A stretch of DNA of 63,439 nucleotides, filler included, from Sphacelaria rigidula (taxonomy: Eukaryota): the NCBI GenBank assembly GCA_964200075.2. It is 8 parts of 8 records of this genome, joined end to end, with 100 filler letters (N's around TTAATTAATTAA, not from the genome) between each part and the next. Parts side by side here need not be neighbours in the genome. Positions count along the whole stretch, not along the records: positions 7,944 to 15,786 come from CAXNAA020013272.1; positions 15,887 to 23,729 come from CAXNAA020013273.1; positions 23,830 to 31,671 come from CAXNAA020013274.1; 5 more parts are not named here. One strand, 5' to 3'. Of this stretch, positions 11,801-23,849 are shown in pieces (within the stretch, counting starts at the first letter, position 1; each line of letters starts with the position of its first letter). Under the pieces are notes generated by a model that saw only the letters and a list, made by a program, of their open reading frames with translations, was not told the DNA's origin and ran no database searches. The position numbers and the translations under genes were made by a program.

Positions 11801-13087
11801 GCATACATGACGGCTGTGTGACTGATGCGGAGCAGGAGAGATGCGCGAGGGTGCGTGATCGGTGTTTTTTGAGCGCGAGTGAACGCGCGAACAACTTGAT
11901 CTGTGCCGCAAGACATCCTCGTGAGTACGTTCACGGTCAGCAATCGTCGGGCGCTTCGAAGCGCGTGATGAGTTGGAACTGTGACGTGAACTACCGTCGT
12001 GAGTGTAACCATGAGTGACGTTCTTCGGGAGTGTAGAAGCGCGCGATGAATTCAAGCTTTGCTGGGAATTGCCCTTAGAGCTGCCAGAAGGGGAGACGTG
12101 GTCGTGACTAAGTCTCGGTGTGCGCCGCCGGTCAGAAGCACATGTAAGGCTATGTCGCGACGTTGTGGAGGAGCTGGACTCAGGTTCGTTGAATTTGTCA
12201 TGAGTGACGAACGGAGGGCGCGATGTCGCCGAACGGGGCGCCAGACGTACAGGTTTGGGCGTGGCAGGTGCAGAATCATCATTGAATTACACATGAGCAG
12301 ACGCCGATTGATCTTGGAGCGTGGCGTGGCAAAAAGCCGTAAATGCCTCGATGAGAGCTGGCGCTGGCGATGGCGACGACGCCGAAGAGGTGCGATGCAG
12401 AGTTTGCATGGCAGCATGCATGGCCGCAACTGCCGGTCCGACATTGGACTGCGCAGAAGGGCGCACGAGACTATCGAGAGTCGAGCGAAGGGGGTCCGTA
12501 ACGGAAGCAGTCCGTGTGACAAAGTCTCCTGCTCCAGAAGCGATGCGTTTCGTCGGGAAAGAATCGTCTCGAGAGCTGTCAGCCGTCAAGCGACGGGGTG
12601 CCACGGTTGAAGCAACCGTTACAGGGCCAAGCTGGACACGTGTGTCCAGGGACAACGACTCGACTGAGGGCACAATCCTAACTCCAGATTCCACATTGGG
12701 ATTCGGGAGAGCAGGGGCCAGCGAGGGGTGTGCGACGGAATCCACCGTTATGGGCTCACTGACATGCCCGTCAGGAACCAATGACTCGGCCGGTTGCACT
12801 ACCATGTTCTCTGAGTCCGGGTCGGAACGTGAGAGAACAGGTCTCGGCGTCAAAGTCTTGTCTTCAAGCCTTGAAGAACGAGCTTCGCTCGAAAGTTGGT
12901 CTTCAGATCCTGAAGATCGAACAGCGCTCGCATACGTGCGGCGATGAGTTGAAGGTGACGTGCCACTCATCTCAAAAGATTTCGAACCGCCAGTAGTTTG
13001 ACTCCGGGTCCGTCGAAGCGGTTGGTTTCCCAATTGAGGGGAAGAGCCAGCATTATTCCTGTGCGACATGGTAATCGTACGCAGCAT
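8774..13087 (-). pseudogene. Decayed giant Gag-like ORF of a retroelement (~1,400 codons): low-complexity/coiled-coil N-terminus, capsid-like segment, CCHC knuckle
   Basis: ORFs 12287-13087, 11039-12055, 10709-10975 and 10508-10705 share one frame, separated by single stops. Two frameshifts lead into 8774-9811, which carries CINCSVQGHSIRDC (Cx2Cx4Hx4C). No introns over 4.3 kb. Confidence 0.7.
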
Positions 13088-14606
13088 TTGTGCTTAAAAA
13101 GGAAGGTGCAGTGTGTCTGATCTGCGGGCCCTAATCAAAGGAGCGCAACACCAAGAGATGCTACGTGCAAAAGCCGAAGCATGTATCCGGAAATACTGGA
13201 TAATGAAGCCTAACAGCGCCTGAGGGGACCGTGGGACCTGATTTACTTGAGTAATTTATACAAGCGAATTGCTGTTTGTAACAACTATGTCCCGGGTCTC
13301 ATTAATACAACTTTATTCAAGTTGTGGTGGTAATAGCTAGCACGGGGTTGTGCACACAACAGACGTATGTCGTCGAAGACAAGCGAAGACCCGATTGTCT
13401 GTAGCAGCGTTGGTACGTGGAAGAACAACTTACACGTGTTCCGGGTGTAGCGTCACGGGCAGACTATAACTGTATTATCCCAGCACAAGTTGAGGGACGA
13501 CTGACTGTGTGCAAATGAAAAGAATTATATATATATATATATATTTCTCAGATGCGCACGAAAATTGTGCGGCGTAAGGCATCACAAAAGCTTTTACAAA
13601 GCTTGGGTTGTAGACCGCGAAATCGAACTGCGTAGTGCAGAGCGAAGGCTTGTTATCCAACGGAGTTGAGGCAACGTATGTATGTGGAACAAAGGTGATG
13701 TGATTCACACAGGGGCAACGCTGAGAGCGGGTGCTGAAAAGTTGTAGTGCACAGGCAAGGGGCACCGATTTCGAGTGCTGTCTATGCAAATGAGCACGTA
13801 ACGTAGGTTGACATGTTTCAACGAGTAGTATTTCAACGAAACCGTCTCGGAACAATAAATTTGTTCGTTCGAGAAGGGATCAAAGGAGAAAAACTCACAG
13901 TACTTTGTGCTGTGTATTGTTACTCACCACAGTGATGTATAGCGTTGCCTCACGGTTGTGCGAACAAGAAAGTAGCCACAAGCAACGAAGCTAAAACTAC
14001 GACAACAACGAGGTAGCTACAACCAACGAAGTTTAGTGCCGCAACGGGTCCAACTTTCGTGTACAGGTGTCCGTTGTCACAATGTGGGAGCACGGGTTGT
14101 ACTTGTTCAGTAATTTCGTGAAGGAAAAAGAAAACAGCCGCGTACAATCGATACTGAAAAATGAGAGCAGCAGCGTGCTGATTTGGCAGGAGCTCAGGTC
14201 AGCGACAGCGGCTGGTACATGAACAACAGTGCGCCTTTGTGCACTGGTGTTTTGTACAAACCTGTAGAAGACCTCTTAAGCAGAAGGAAAGGGGGGAAAC
14301 AAGACCAAGTACACGAGCCAACGATGGCTTGGCGCGTTGATCGTGCCTGACTGAATGAATCACCGAGAAACTGATGCCGTGCAACCTTGTGCAGGCGATG
14401 TCCAAATTGACAGCACGGTGAAAGTAGCAAGCAGTGGGCGTTGACCCCACGTAGCACAAGATGTGCAGCCAAACACTACAGCAAGTTGCAAGTAGAAGGG
14501 CACGAATACTCTTTACCGAGAGACACACGGGGCAGAAGCTTTAGAAGCTGCTGACTATCGAAGCGATAGGTTCAACTAAGAACTGCCCCAAAGGGAACGG
14601 AGAGGG

Positions 14607-15046
14607 AACACGGGATCTTACAAATTGGGTATGGATCTTTTATTGGGGATGAGAAACCCGGAGGATTGAATTCTTCGTATCCACACCAAATCTTCGAAAT
14701 ATAGTTCCATTTCTTCACCTACTGATAGCTATTGACAACTGCTACACGCCATACGAATTTGGATTTCGATCGCCAAAATGTTCGGGTCCTAGGCGGAAAA
14801 AATCGGAACAATTTTGGCGTCCGTTCGGACACCCGGAATTCCCCCAAAACGGGTTTTCACCTGGGACCCCAACATTTCGGTGATCGAAATCCAAATTTCT
14901 ATGGCGTGTAGCAGTTGTCAATAGCTATTAGTAGGTGCAGAAATGGAACCATATTTCGGAGACTTGGTGTGGATACGAAGATGTCAATCCTCCGGGTTTC
15001 TCATCCCCAATAAAAGATCCATCCCCAATTTGTAAGATCCCGTGTT
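14607..15046. mobile_element. MITE with ~190-bp TIRs (AACACGGGATCTTACAAATTGG...); copies at 38383-38791 and ~46277-46667; related ends at 50131-50539
   Basis: Near-perfect long inverted repeat. The 4-bp flank AGGG is duplicated at 14603-14606 and 15047-15050. Confidence 0.85.
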
Positions 15047-15917
15047 AGGGGGCAAAATGATCAAAAAGCTGGGGCTCTCTTTCGAGCAATCAGGCCTAAG
15101 AAATCGTGGATTTGGTGAGTCGAATCGGCGATGATTCGTCCGAACCATAAAGGTAGACACCACATGTGAATTTCAAAATAACTTACGGGCAGACCTTGTC
15201 ACTTTAGAGTAGAGGGGCCCAGCCGAGACCATTCCGGTTTCATCGCCGAAATCCGAGACGGCAACGTCACGAACACCGAAATAAATTGAAATTGGAAGCA
15301 CCCGGAACACAGGGCAATCTATTTTCATAGAGGTTAGGGCGTTCTCGTGAAGAAGTGGTATTTACCATACTAAAACGCCCTCAACCAGTGAAAAAATGCA
15401 TAAACAAAAACTGATCCACTGAGTTTTGTTAATTATGTCCTGGCGAGGGCCCACACAAGATTCCGATACACAAAAACCAAGCGTGCTCCTTAGTCAAATG
15501 CCAATGTAATGAAGAGCTAGCGGTAATATAATGCAAGGACACAGGTTGTAGTCCAAGGTACAGGCTCACAAGGCCAGCGGACAACAGTCAGGCTGGCACA
15601 GCTCTGCACACTGCTGAACACAGCTCAGCACAATATCAGACAGGTTCTCACGCAATAGGTTCTTCACTCCTTCTGGCTATCTTGATTTTAACTCCAGTAC
15701 CCAATCAATCAACCCAACCCAAACCAGCCAATACTTCTAACCGATGGTTAGACTTCCTTTTGCTGGCTAGCAGAAGGGGAGCAGTTNNNNNNNNNNNNNN
15801 NNNNNNNNNNNNNNNNNNNNNNNNNNNNNNTTAATTAATTAANNNNNNNNNNNNNNNNNNNNNNNNNNNNNNNNNNNNNNNNNNNNAAAATATATAAGGA
15901 AAGGGGGGGGTGGGGGT

Positions 15918-15961
<44 letters not shown>

Positions 15962-16892
15962 GTATTCATGGTCTTGCATGCCATAGTCATCAGACCATTG
16001 ACCTCGCATCCCTACAAAAGCCGGGACGGAGCACGCCGGTTTTCGCCGGACCAGGCTCGCAGTCAATCACCAAGCGCGAATCACCGTGGTGTGTTCGGCG
16101 AGTTGCATGAAGGGTGAGCTGCATTTTACTGAGATTTTCCGGCCCGAAGCGTACTGATTATCTTGCATGCGAATGACAGCCTCGAATGCATTCCTTCATT
16201 TTCTGGTATCGTCACTTCCAGAGACAGCCACGGGTTCCACACTGCGTCATGAGTGTCTGACCATTTAAACATTGCGTAGTACGATTATCCCCTTTGCGCG
16301 GAGTCGAAGTTCTTCACCCCGCACAGCATAATCTAGCTCGACCACAATCATGGTGACCGCGAGAAAAACGCGAGCAGCGAAGCAAAAAAACGGTAACCTG
16401 GTCGCCTAGCTTACGCAGTGAGTGGTGTGTTTCACAGCGCCGTGGCCAACCGACGCCAACCCCCAAAAGGGGTCGGGGGGGGGGGGGGGCGTACCCATTT
16501 GTTGCTTGCCTTAGTCGTTTGACCATTGACCAAAAGGGGGGGGGGGGGGAAGCTGTACATGACCTCATGTGACTAGTTACAACACTATCTGCTGTTTATA
16601 TGGAGTTGGGTTTCGAAAAGAAGTTAATGCAACACGAACGGGAGGCATACGACCGCACGGAGAACGTTCCCCAAGTAGATGCGGTGAAAGCTACCAGTGG
16701 AGACAGAAAAGAAAAGAAAAAGCTAGGGCGACGAACGACCTCCACTGAATCGCTTCCATCGACACCCCCCATCAACTGCAAAAACGAGTGGAAGAAGACG
16801 CAAGCCAAGTGAACAACCAAACCCGCAAACAGGATCGGGGTTAGGCGACGACGGCAAAGGGCAACGGCTGTCGTCAAGAGACAAAGATAAAA

Positions 16893-16932
<40 letters not shown>

Positions 16933-17260
16933 TGCCGGTTCGGGTAAGACACTCCTAGAAGCTTGCGACTGAGAGGGTCCGTGCTCCCGTATTACTACTG
17001 CTACATTGCAGTATGGCGTCGGGATGCATTCTTAGGCTCTTTTTTTTTTCAATGTCCGTCGGGCACGTACATGCGGGAGGTGGGAGTTGCGGTCTGTAGT
17101 GAATTCTGACTCCACCTCCTACACCATCGCCGGGCTTGATCAATGCCCATGCCCCGCTTGAAACTGCTATGCGACCTGGGCCAGTCAGTAGTAGCAAGGG
17201 GCGACCACCACCACGAACAACAACGACAACAACGACAACAATCAGCAACGGAAGTCTCAC

Positions 17261-17365
17261 CAGAGTGAAGGGACCCACGCGACCGTCCAGGTCGAAAAGA
17301 AGCAAGCTTGAGCCTAGCCTCCAGTATTCCTTGCCCTTAATGACCGCCCTGTAGGACATGGTCAG
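17261..17365 (-). CDS. Exon of divergent Derlin-like (Der1) protein (LTMSYRAVIKGKEYWRLGSSLLLFDLDGRVGPFTL)
   Basis: CCGCAG acceptor and GTGAGA donor, 105 nt. EYWRL is the WR motif of the Derlin/rhomboid L1 loop. Confidence 0.6.
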
Positions 17366-17916
17366 CTGCGGAGGAATTCATGTTGTCCGCAGCAGTGGGA
17401 ACAAGACACAAACAAAAAAAGATCAAGGCGGAGGCCTAGACGAAACAAGAGACGAGAAACGAGTTGCATCACTCCTCTACCGACAGTGCACACGACACAT
17501 GCATTTACGTGTCACGCCGTGTCCTATATTCGGAGCCACAGCAACAGTACAACTTCATCAATTTTACATCTTGTAATCATTACAAACGTGAGAGAAAAAA
17601 AGTCCTTCCTATTTCTTCTCTGCACAGAATAGCTACGGTCATCACCAACAGCGCAGGGGGATAAGGAGATGGAGAGATAATTTGCCTCGTACGGCGGGGA
17701 TTTCAGCAGACGGTCCCCGATCTACAAATATTGTTAATTTCGAACGATAGAATGAATAGAACACGAAACAGGTGGAAAACAACACAAGCAACATATAGCA
17801 GAGATCAAGACATTTGACTGAAAATCTGTCAATCCGATCCCGTCCAATTCATAAAACCAACCAATCAACACACACACACGTACGCACAAGGTCGATGATC
17901 TCGAAACGATCTATAC

Positions 17917-17972
17917 CTTGGATCTCCGTAGCCCTTCCACCAGGTGATACTTGCAGCATACGCTCGTCAACG
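17917..17972 (-). CDS. Exon of divergent Derlin-like (Der1) protein (xLTSVCCKYHLVEGLRRSK)
   Basis: CAG acceptor and GTATAG donor on the minus strand. Splices in frame to exon 17261-17365. Confidence 0.5.
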
Positions 17973-18569
17973 CTGCACCGATGGTGTACTGAGCATAACA
18001 CCCCCCCCACACCCCCACACACACAAAATCGTCGTGAGGAAAGCAAAATAAGCAAAAACGCAAAATGGAAAAAGGTTGGCAGGAGGGGTGGGGGAAAGAA
18101 AAGGGGGACTCTTGAGATTCGCGTAGTCAAATGAAACGATATGAATGCAGAGACGTGGAAGGAGAAGCATGATTTTTCGAATACGGGTGGTGCTCGAGAG
18201 ATGACGACAAACTAGACTATCAGGCTGATGACTCGTGGAAAAAAACAAAATGTACCTCAAAGCGGCGGGGGAAGGGAATTAAAGGGATGGGAGGCATGTA
18301 GACGATGATCAGTGGATGACTTTTGCTCTTCTTGCCAGGATTCTCCAGTAGGTAGCCTTAGCCTTCACGAGTCAAGCATGCTACAGTACGATACTCCTGT
18401 AGCAAACGGCGAGCAGGATATTTAAATTGGACACATTTTTTGCGAGTTTTAATCTGGGTCTATTTTGTTCTTTGTTTTTTTTTGCTAGCCTGCAATCACG
18501 GAAGGTGTCCGCATCAGATGCCCAGTACGAATGTACTGCGCAGATATCGGAACGGTTTGTAATGTGAAG

Positions 18570-18614
<45 letters not shown>

Positions 18615-19364
18615 CAGACAACGACCGCACTTCTCCGGAGCAGGGACAAAAGAACAACATATGTCTTGTTGTGCCAATTATTATCTTCTACGAGCTGTAG
18701 TATATTTCCATACTGTGTTCCAGTCACTTCTCCAACAATTTCGAGCACCTAGAGGTCTGGGCTGTAGAGCTTTTGAGGTAGAAGAATGAGTACTGCCTTT
18801 TGTTATGTTTGCCTAAAGCCCTCCTCTCTTTTTTCGGCGAATCCCATGTCTTGCTCAAATTTTCTATTTTCATCGGGGGAATTTCAGTTTAGTTGATATC
18901 TCGTATATTTCAAATACTTTTGGCATTCCGAATTTTGTTGATTCCCTGAATTTTGCAACATAGATGTCGCCGGCGCGTGCTGCTACAAGTTCGTGGTGTG
19001 TTTTCGCACACACACACACACACAATGCTTTTTTGCGATCGCTGCTGTTGAGATGTCTGTGCGTGCTTTCCCCTATTATTTTGCCACGGGCTAGACTCGT
19101 CTTCACGAGATTTCAGTAAACGAAAAGTTCAAGTTCGATGTAATACATTAAAATAAACAATAATAAATGTTTGGATTTTGGTTGTTTGATTTTTTTTTTT
19201 GTTTTTGGACAAGGGGAAAGCAATGAAACCGGAAATCGAAGTACTGTGAGATACAGATGTATAAAATGATTATAATGTTTGATAATAAATAAAAGTTCGA
19301 GAATGGGGTGGGAATGTTGGGTGGGGAAGTGATTTTAGTTTTTGAACAAGCGGAAGACAATATA

Positions 19365-20364
19365 CTTCCCCTGTCACATAAGTTAGGACCGATTCGGCGC
19401 AGATCGTATCTTTTCAACGGAGGCGCCTAGGATGATTTAGTTAGTTTAATCGGAAAGATATTTTTTACAGCTAACTGATGCAAAAAAAAAAAACGATTTG
19501 CGATTTATTACATCTCAAAGTATGGGCCAAAAAGTCCCCAAAATTGGTCAATTTCGGCTACATTTCGAGAATGTTTTTGATAATTTTTGGATTTTTTTTT
19601 CAAGACTAGTCCAACAATCACCATTACGCCCCAGCCACCTGCACACATAAGTAGTGCAGCAGGACGGGGCGAGCCCCCACAGGGGCAAAGGGAACCCAGA
19701 GATTCTTAACTCGGCGGGAATGGGGAGGGGGTGGTTGGTAGAGCTTGTTACGCAGCCTTCTCAATCGCCTGACTTGAACATCAACGACTTGGGCTTCTTT
19801 GCGTCTCTAAAGTCAAGGGTGTGGGGGATGAACGCCAGTTTGATAGACGAGTTAGTGGAGACCATCTTCAAGGAGTACGACGACTACGACAGCGATACGT
19901 TAGAACGGGTGTGGCAAAGCCTCTTCGAGGCTTACAACCAAACACTCCGTAAGCTAGGGGATAATGACTCTTGTGTAGAGCACACCGGGGTATCCGCGCG
20001 GCAGAGGGCGAGAACGTTGGAAAGGACAGTCAAGTACGACAAGGAGGCCTTCACAAAGGCTTGGGATTATCTGGCATCAAGCACGAGTGATGGAGAGGAT
20101 GATCAGCGACTTTTTTTCTTCTCCGTGTTTTTTTCCTTTTTCGGCACTTTTTTGTTCGTGGAAAAGGGGTAAAAAACGGCCTTTGTGGGGCCGACTTCTT
20201 TTTTTCTGGCCGCTACTCCACCTGGAGTGATGCGACTTGAAAAAAAAAACATGGTATTTCACTCAAAAAACGCCAAGGAATTCAATCAAAGAAACGAAAA
20301 CGGCATCGGAGACCGTTAAGGACGTCTGTGAAAAATTTGGTCCTAACTTATGTGACAGAGGAAG
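19365..20364 (+). mobile_element. Internally deleted Tc1/mariner element (plant-type DD39D-like), 1,000 bp
   Basis: 26-bp TIRs CTTCC(C/T)CTGTCACATAAGTTAGGACC (25/26 match) with a TA TSD on both sides. Contains a transposase C-terminal fragment. Confidence 0.92.
19654..20172 (+). pseudogene. Mariner-type transposase C-terminal fragment
   Basis: QQDGASPH...QPSQSPDLNINDLGFFASLKS holds the second and third catalytic Asp. The N-terminal HTH and first Asp are missing. Confidence 0.88.
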
Positions 20365-21899
20365 TATATAGCATTTCAAATCTCGGTACGAATTGCACTG
20401 TACTTGTATAATACTGTCTCCGCTACAAAACGCACTCCCCCTCGCTGAGAACGCTTTCCAATGAGCGCTTGCGGCGTCCCCCGCTGAGGCCTTACTATTC
20501 GGTAATCTATCAACTGTTTTCAAGTTTGATTTTTTTTTAACTTAGTCGTACAAAACCATATGTATCAACCATGGGGCTTCACAATTTGCACAAGGCATAC
20601 TGTCGGCGCCCCCCCCCCCTCCCCCCATGTGGGAATAAAACAAAAGGGGCATGAAATAATCGCTTCGTACGTTTTAGACAGTAGCCGGAGAATGATCGCA
20701 ATACATACGAGTTAGATGGTGGTCACAGACGATGAAACAGGAAGGGAATAATAAGATACGTAAAACATTTTTTCACGTAGTGTACGGAAGAAAATGTAGC
20801 GAGCGCCCGAATGTTGGAGGTGTCATTCTTATTAGGAACAGGAATGGTGCTCCGTCTCGAAAGGGATGCGTGGTCAATGGTCAAACGGCTCAAGGCAAGT
20901 AACGAACGAGCACGAACCAGGGTCCGAATCACAGTGTGGTGAAGGAGGCTGCCGTACTCCCCCACTCAAACAAGACAAGTGTTTCGGACCGAATCAAACT
21001 GCGGTCGGGGTTGCACATTTCGCCCCAAATCTTTCTTATTCAGGGCTGTCCTAAGTTATGAGCTGCACAACAATATGGGTCAGCACATTTCCTTTGTCAA
21101 TTTTATTCGAGGTATCCCCTAGCCCCGTGGGAAGCGAATCGTGGCGTGCTCTCACATAGTTCACAAGTAGTATCTCGGATGATGTAAGAGGGCTCCTGAA
21201 AATTCGAACCTTAGAGAACATCTGTGCAACCCTACCGTAGCACCACTCGACCCTGATTATTGTTCTCGACCCGCGTAGGTACAGTTCATCTGATAATGCG
21301 ACATTAAAAATAACACACGAGACGGCACAACGATCCTCCACCCGGCCATCGCCCCGGCGTACGAGGCATTCATTACCTCTCCGCACTTGTCTCAACGTAC
21401 CGAAAAAAACGGTGGGGGGGGGTGGGTGGGGGAACTGACGCAAATGCGATCGAGCTCAAACGGGAAAATTTGAGAGTCATGATGATCATTCAACTTGATT
21501 TTTGCCCCCGAAAGCCGGAGCCTTCGGTAAGTTCTCGCAGAATCTGGGTTGTTGACTATCAAAGGGCTTTTTACGCCACCCCTCAGGGGATAACGGTTAG
21601 GTACGGTACGGTAGGCGGGTAATCAAAATGAATTAGAATTAAAAAAAATCAAAGTATCGTGGGGAGGGGGGATGTACTCATGATCTTGCATGACGTAGTC
21701 ATCGCATCCCTACAAAGCCGGGTCGGAGCACGCCGGGTTTTCGCCTCTCGTGGGAAGGGGGTTGAAGTCATGGTACAAATCGGACGAAAAGTATCCCCCT
21801 CCCCCCCCCCCAAGAAGCAACCGACTTAGGAGGGATGCGTGGTCAATGGTCAAACGAAGGCAAGCAACAAATGAGTACGCCCCCCCCCAAAACCAACCC

Positions 21900-22075
21900 A
21901 AAACTGCCAGGAAAAAGATGTCCATACAGCGCCTGGCGTTTGGGCTCAGGCTGTCCATGAAGCGCTTCATGTGGGCGACTTTGGCGAGGACGAACCCAAG
22001 CGTGGGAATTCCCAGCTGCTCGTGGTGCTCGGCTTTTCCTATTTCGATTCACGTGTAGATTTTGCCTCCCCAACC
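21900..22075. repeat. Unclassified interspersed repeat (~170 bp), second copy at 55690-55860
   Basis: Shared ..CATGxGxGCGACxTTGGCGAxxACGAxCCCAAGCGTGGxAxTTCxCAGCTGCTC..GTGCTCGGCT..GATTCxC. Both copies lie next to a family A/B C-tract. Confidence 0.65.
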
Positions 22076-23280
22076 CAGCCCCCCCCTTTTTTTGGGGGGG
22101 GGGGGGGGGGGCATCGTAAAAAGTGTCCCTCCCCCCCCCCCCGTCCCCCCCCCCGGCTTTTACGCATATATACAAATATGTATTCATGTATGAACCAGGT
22201 TTGTACAAACAGGTTATTATCCCTTAGCAGGGTGTGTAGTGACAGCGAACCTCGATTGTAGCCCCCGCCCAAATGCTCCATTCCTAGTCACGGACGAAGA
22301 CAAAATAATGCACAAATCTACTACTGATGGTGCTCCGACGGATAAATGGTCCAGAGCCCCGTCCGAACGTTTTCGATGTTCCAAACGATACGCGCCAGCT
22401 CTGAACAATTCGTTTGTACTCTGAACTAATTCCGACACGACAGCCCGCTTTAACTATTCGAAAAAAAAAGCAAAGTTGGCGCCAATCGAAATTGAAGGAG
22501 GCATCTAGGTTTCACCTAATAGTACCATGTACATGTATGGCTCATGAGGAGAGTCGGGTCATGGTTCAACTCCTTACGTCATGTTACACTTCATCCGCCC
22601 ACGGATTCAGGACGAGATGATCCCCGTCAGGCGAAATGCCTTCACGAGAGAGTCAGGCACGGCTCACAATACTATCTAGGGTTGCGTGCTTCCGCATGTT
22701 GATTTTTCTTCTAATCCTACCGTTGTGCTGTGCGGAAAACTGGCGTTTTAGTTACTTGCCACGCTACCGCAGATTTTTTTCTTCTTGTTTCTTCCTTTTA
22801 CAAGTCACACTTAACCCTTTTGGAACCAATTGACGATTTTTGTTTGTGTGAATCAGCATCATTTTCAGTCTTTTCAAAGTCAAAATGATGCCGATTCACA
22901 AAAACAAAAATCGTCAACTGGTTCCCAACGGGTTGAACCCCTCTCCTTCCTCGGGACGAGTCCGAGGTCTCAAGTGATAAACCGACCTCTCCCCCAATGG
23001 TTTTCATGATTAGATGCAGCTATAACCGTGATCGATACATACAAACGACGGACGTGTTTTTATTTGAGTGTTTTTTCCCCTTTTTCCCCGAAGCTACGAC
23101 AGCACAACGAACTACCACGCATCAACAGCACGCTATAGCTCCCGGCGGCACGTCTCTCGTCGACTACGGGAAGGTGTTTGCTTCACGTCCTCCATGTACG
23201 GGTCACCACGGCGTGACTGCGGAATTCAAATTTTGGGCTTTTTTCAGTCGTGCACCAAAAACCAAAACAAAACATATGTA

Positions 23281-23311
<31 letters not shown>

Positions 23312-23849
23312 GGATGTCTCGCACTCTACTTGTGAATGCGCGCACTCGGCCCGCGTACAAAAAACCTTGCACCTTTGAACGGAAAGTTTGATTGTGAATT
23401 TTCTCAACCGCGGGTGGAAGAGCCACCGTGAAACTTGGCGCACTGGTCGGACACAAGACAGACAGCGACGCTGATATCATGTGCATCAGTCTGCGGCACG
23501 TTCGGGCGTGCACACAGGTTAAGCACAGCGATTATTTGATTTTTCGGCTATCTCGCAGCCCAGAACTCGTGCACCGTGAGTGAACGCATATCTGGACGCG
23601 CTGGTGCCCTCACTTTCCCATCATGAATGAGCACCTACGGGGGGGGGGGCGTACTCATTTGTTGCTTGCCTTAGTCCTTTGACCATTGCCCACGCATCCC
23701 TTTCGGGAGGGGGCAGTAGCACTAAGGGGNNNNNNNNNNNNNNNNNNNNNNNNNNNNNNNNNNNNNNNNNNNNTTAATTAATTAANNNNNNNNNNNNNNN
23801 NNNNNNNNNNNNNNNNNNNNNNNNNNNNNATGTTGGTGCGAGAAGGCAC

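Noticed and set aside
9812..12289. Premature stops in the Gag-like ORF as evidence of RIP- or methylation-type C-to-T hypermutation
   Set aside because: Ancestral codons are unknown without a family consensus, and nonsense changes via transitions are expected under neutral decay.
8309..12947. Plus-strand ORFs (8309-9202, 12059-12610, 12321-12947)
   Set aside because: Antisense shadows of the GC-rich Gag-like ORF.
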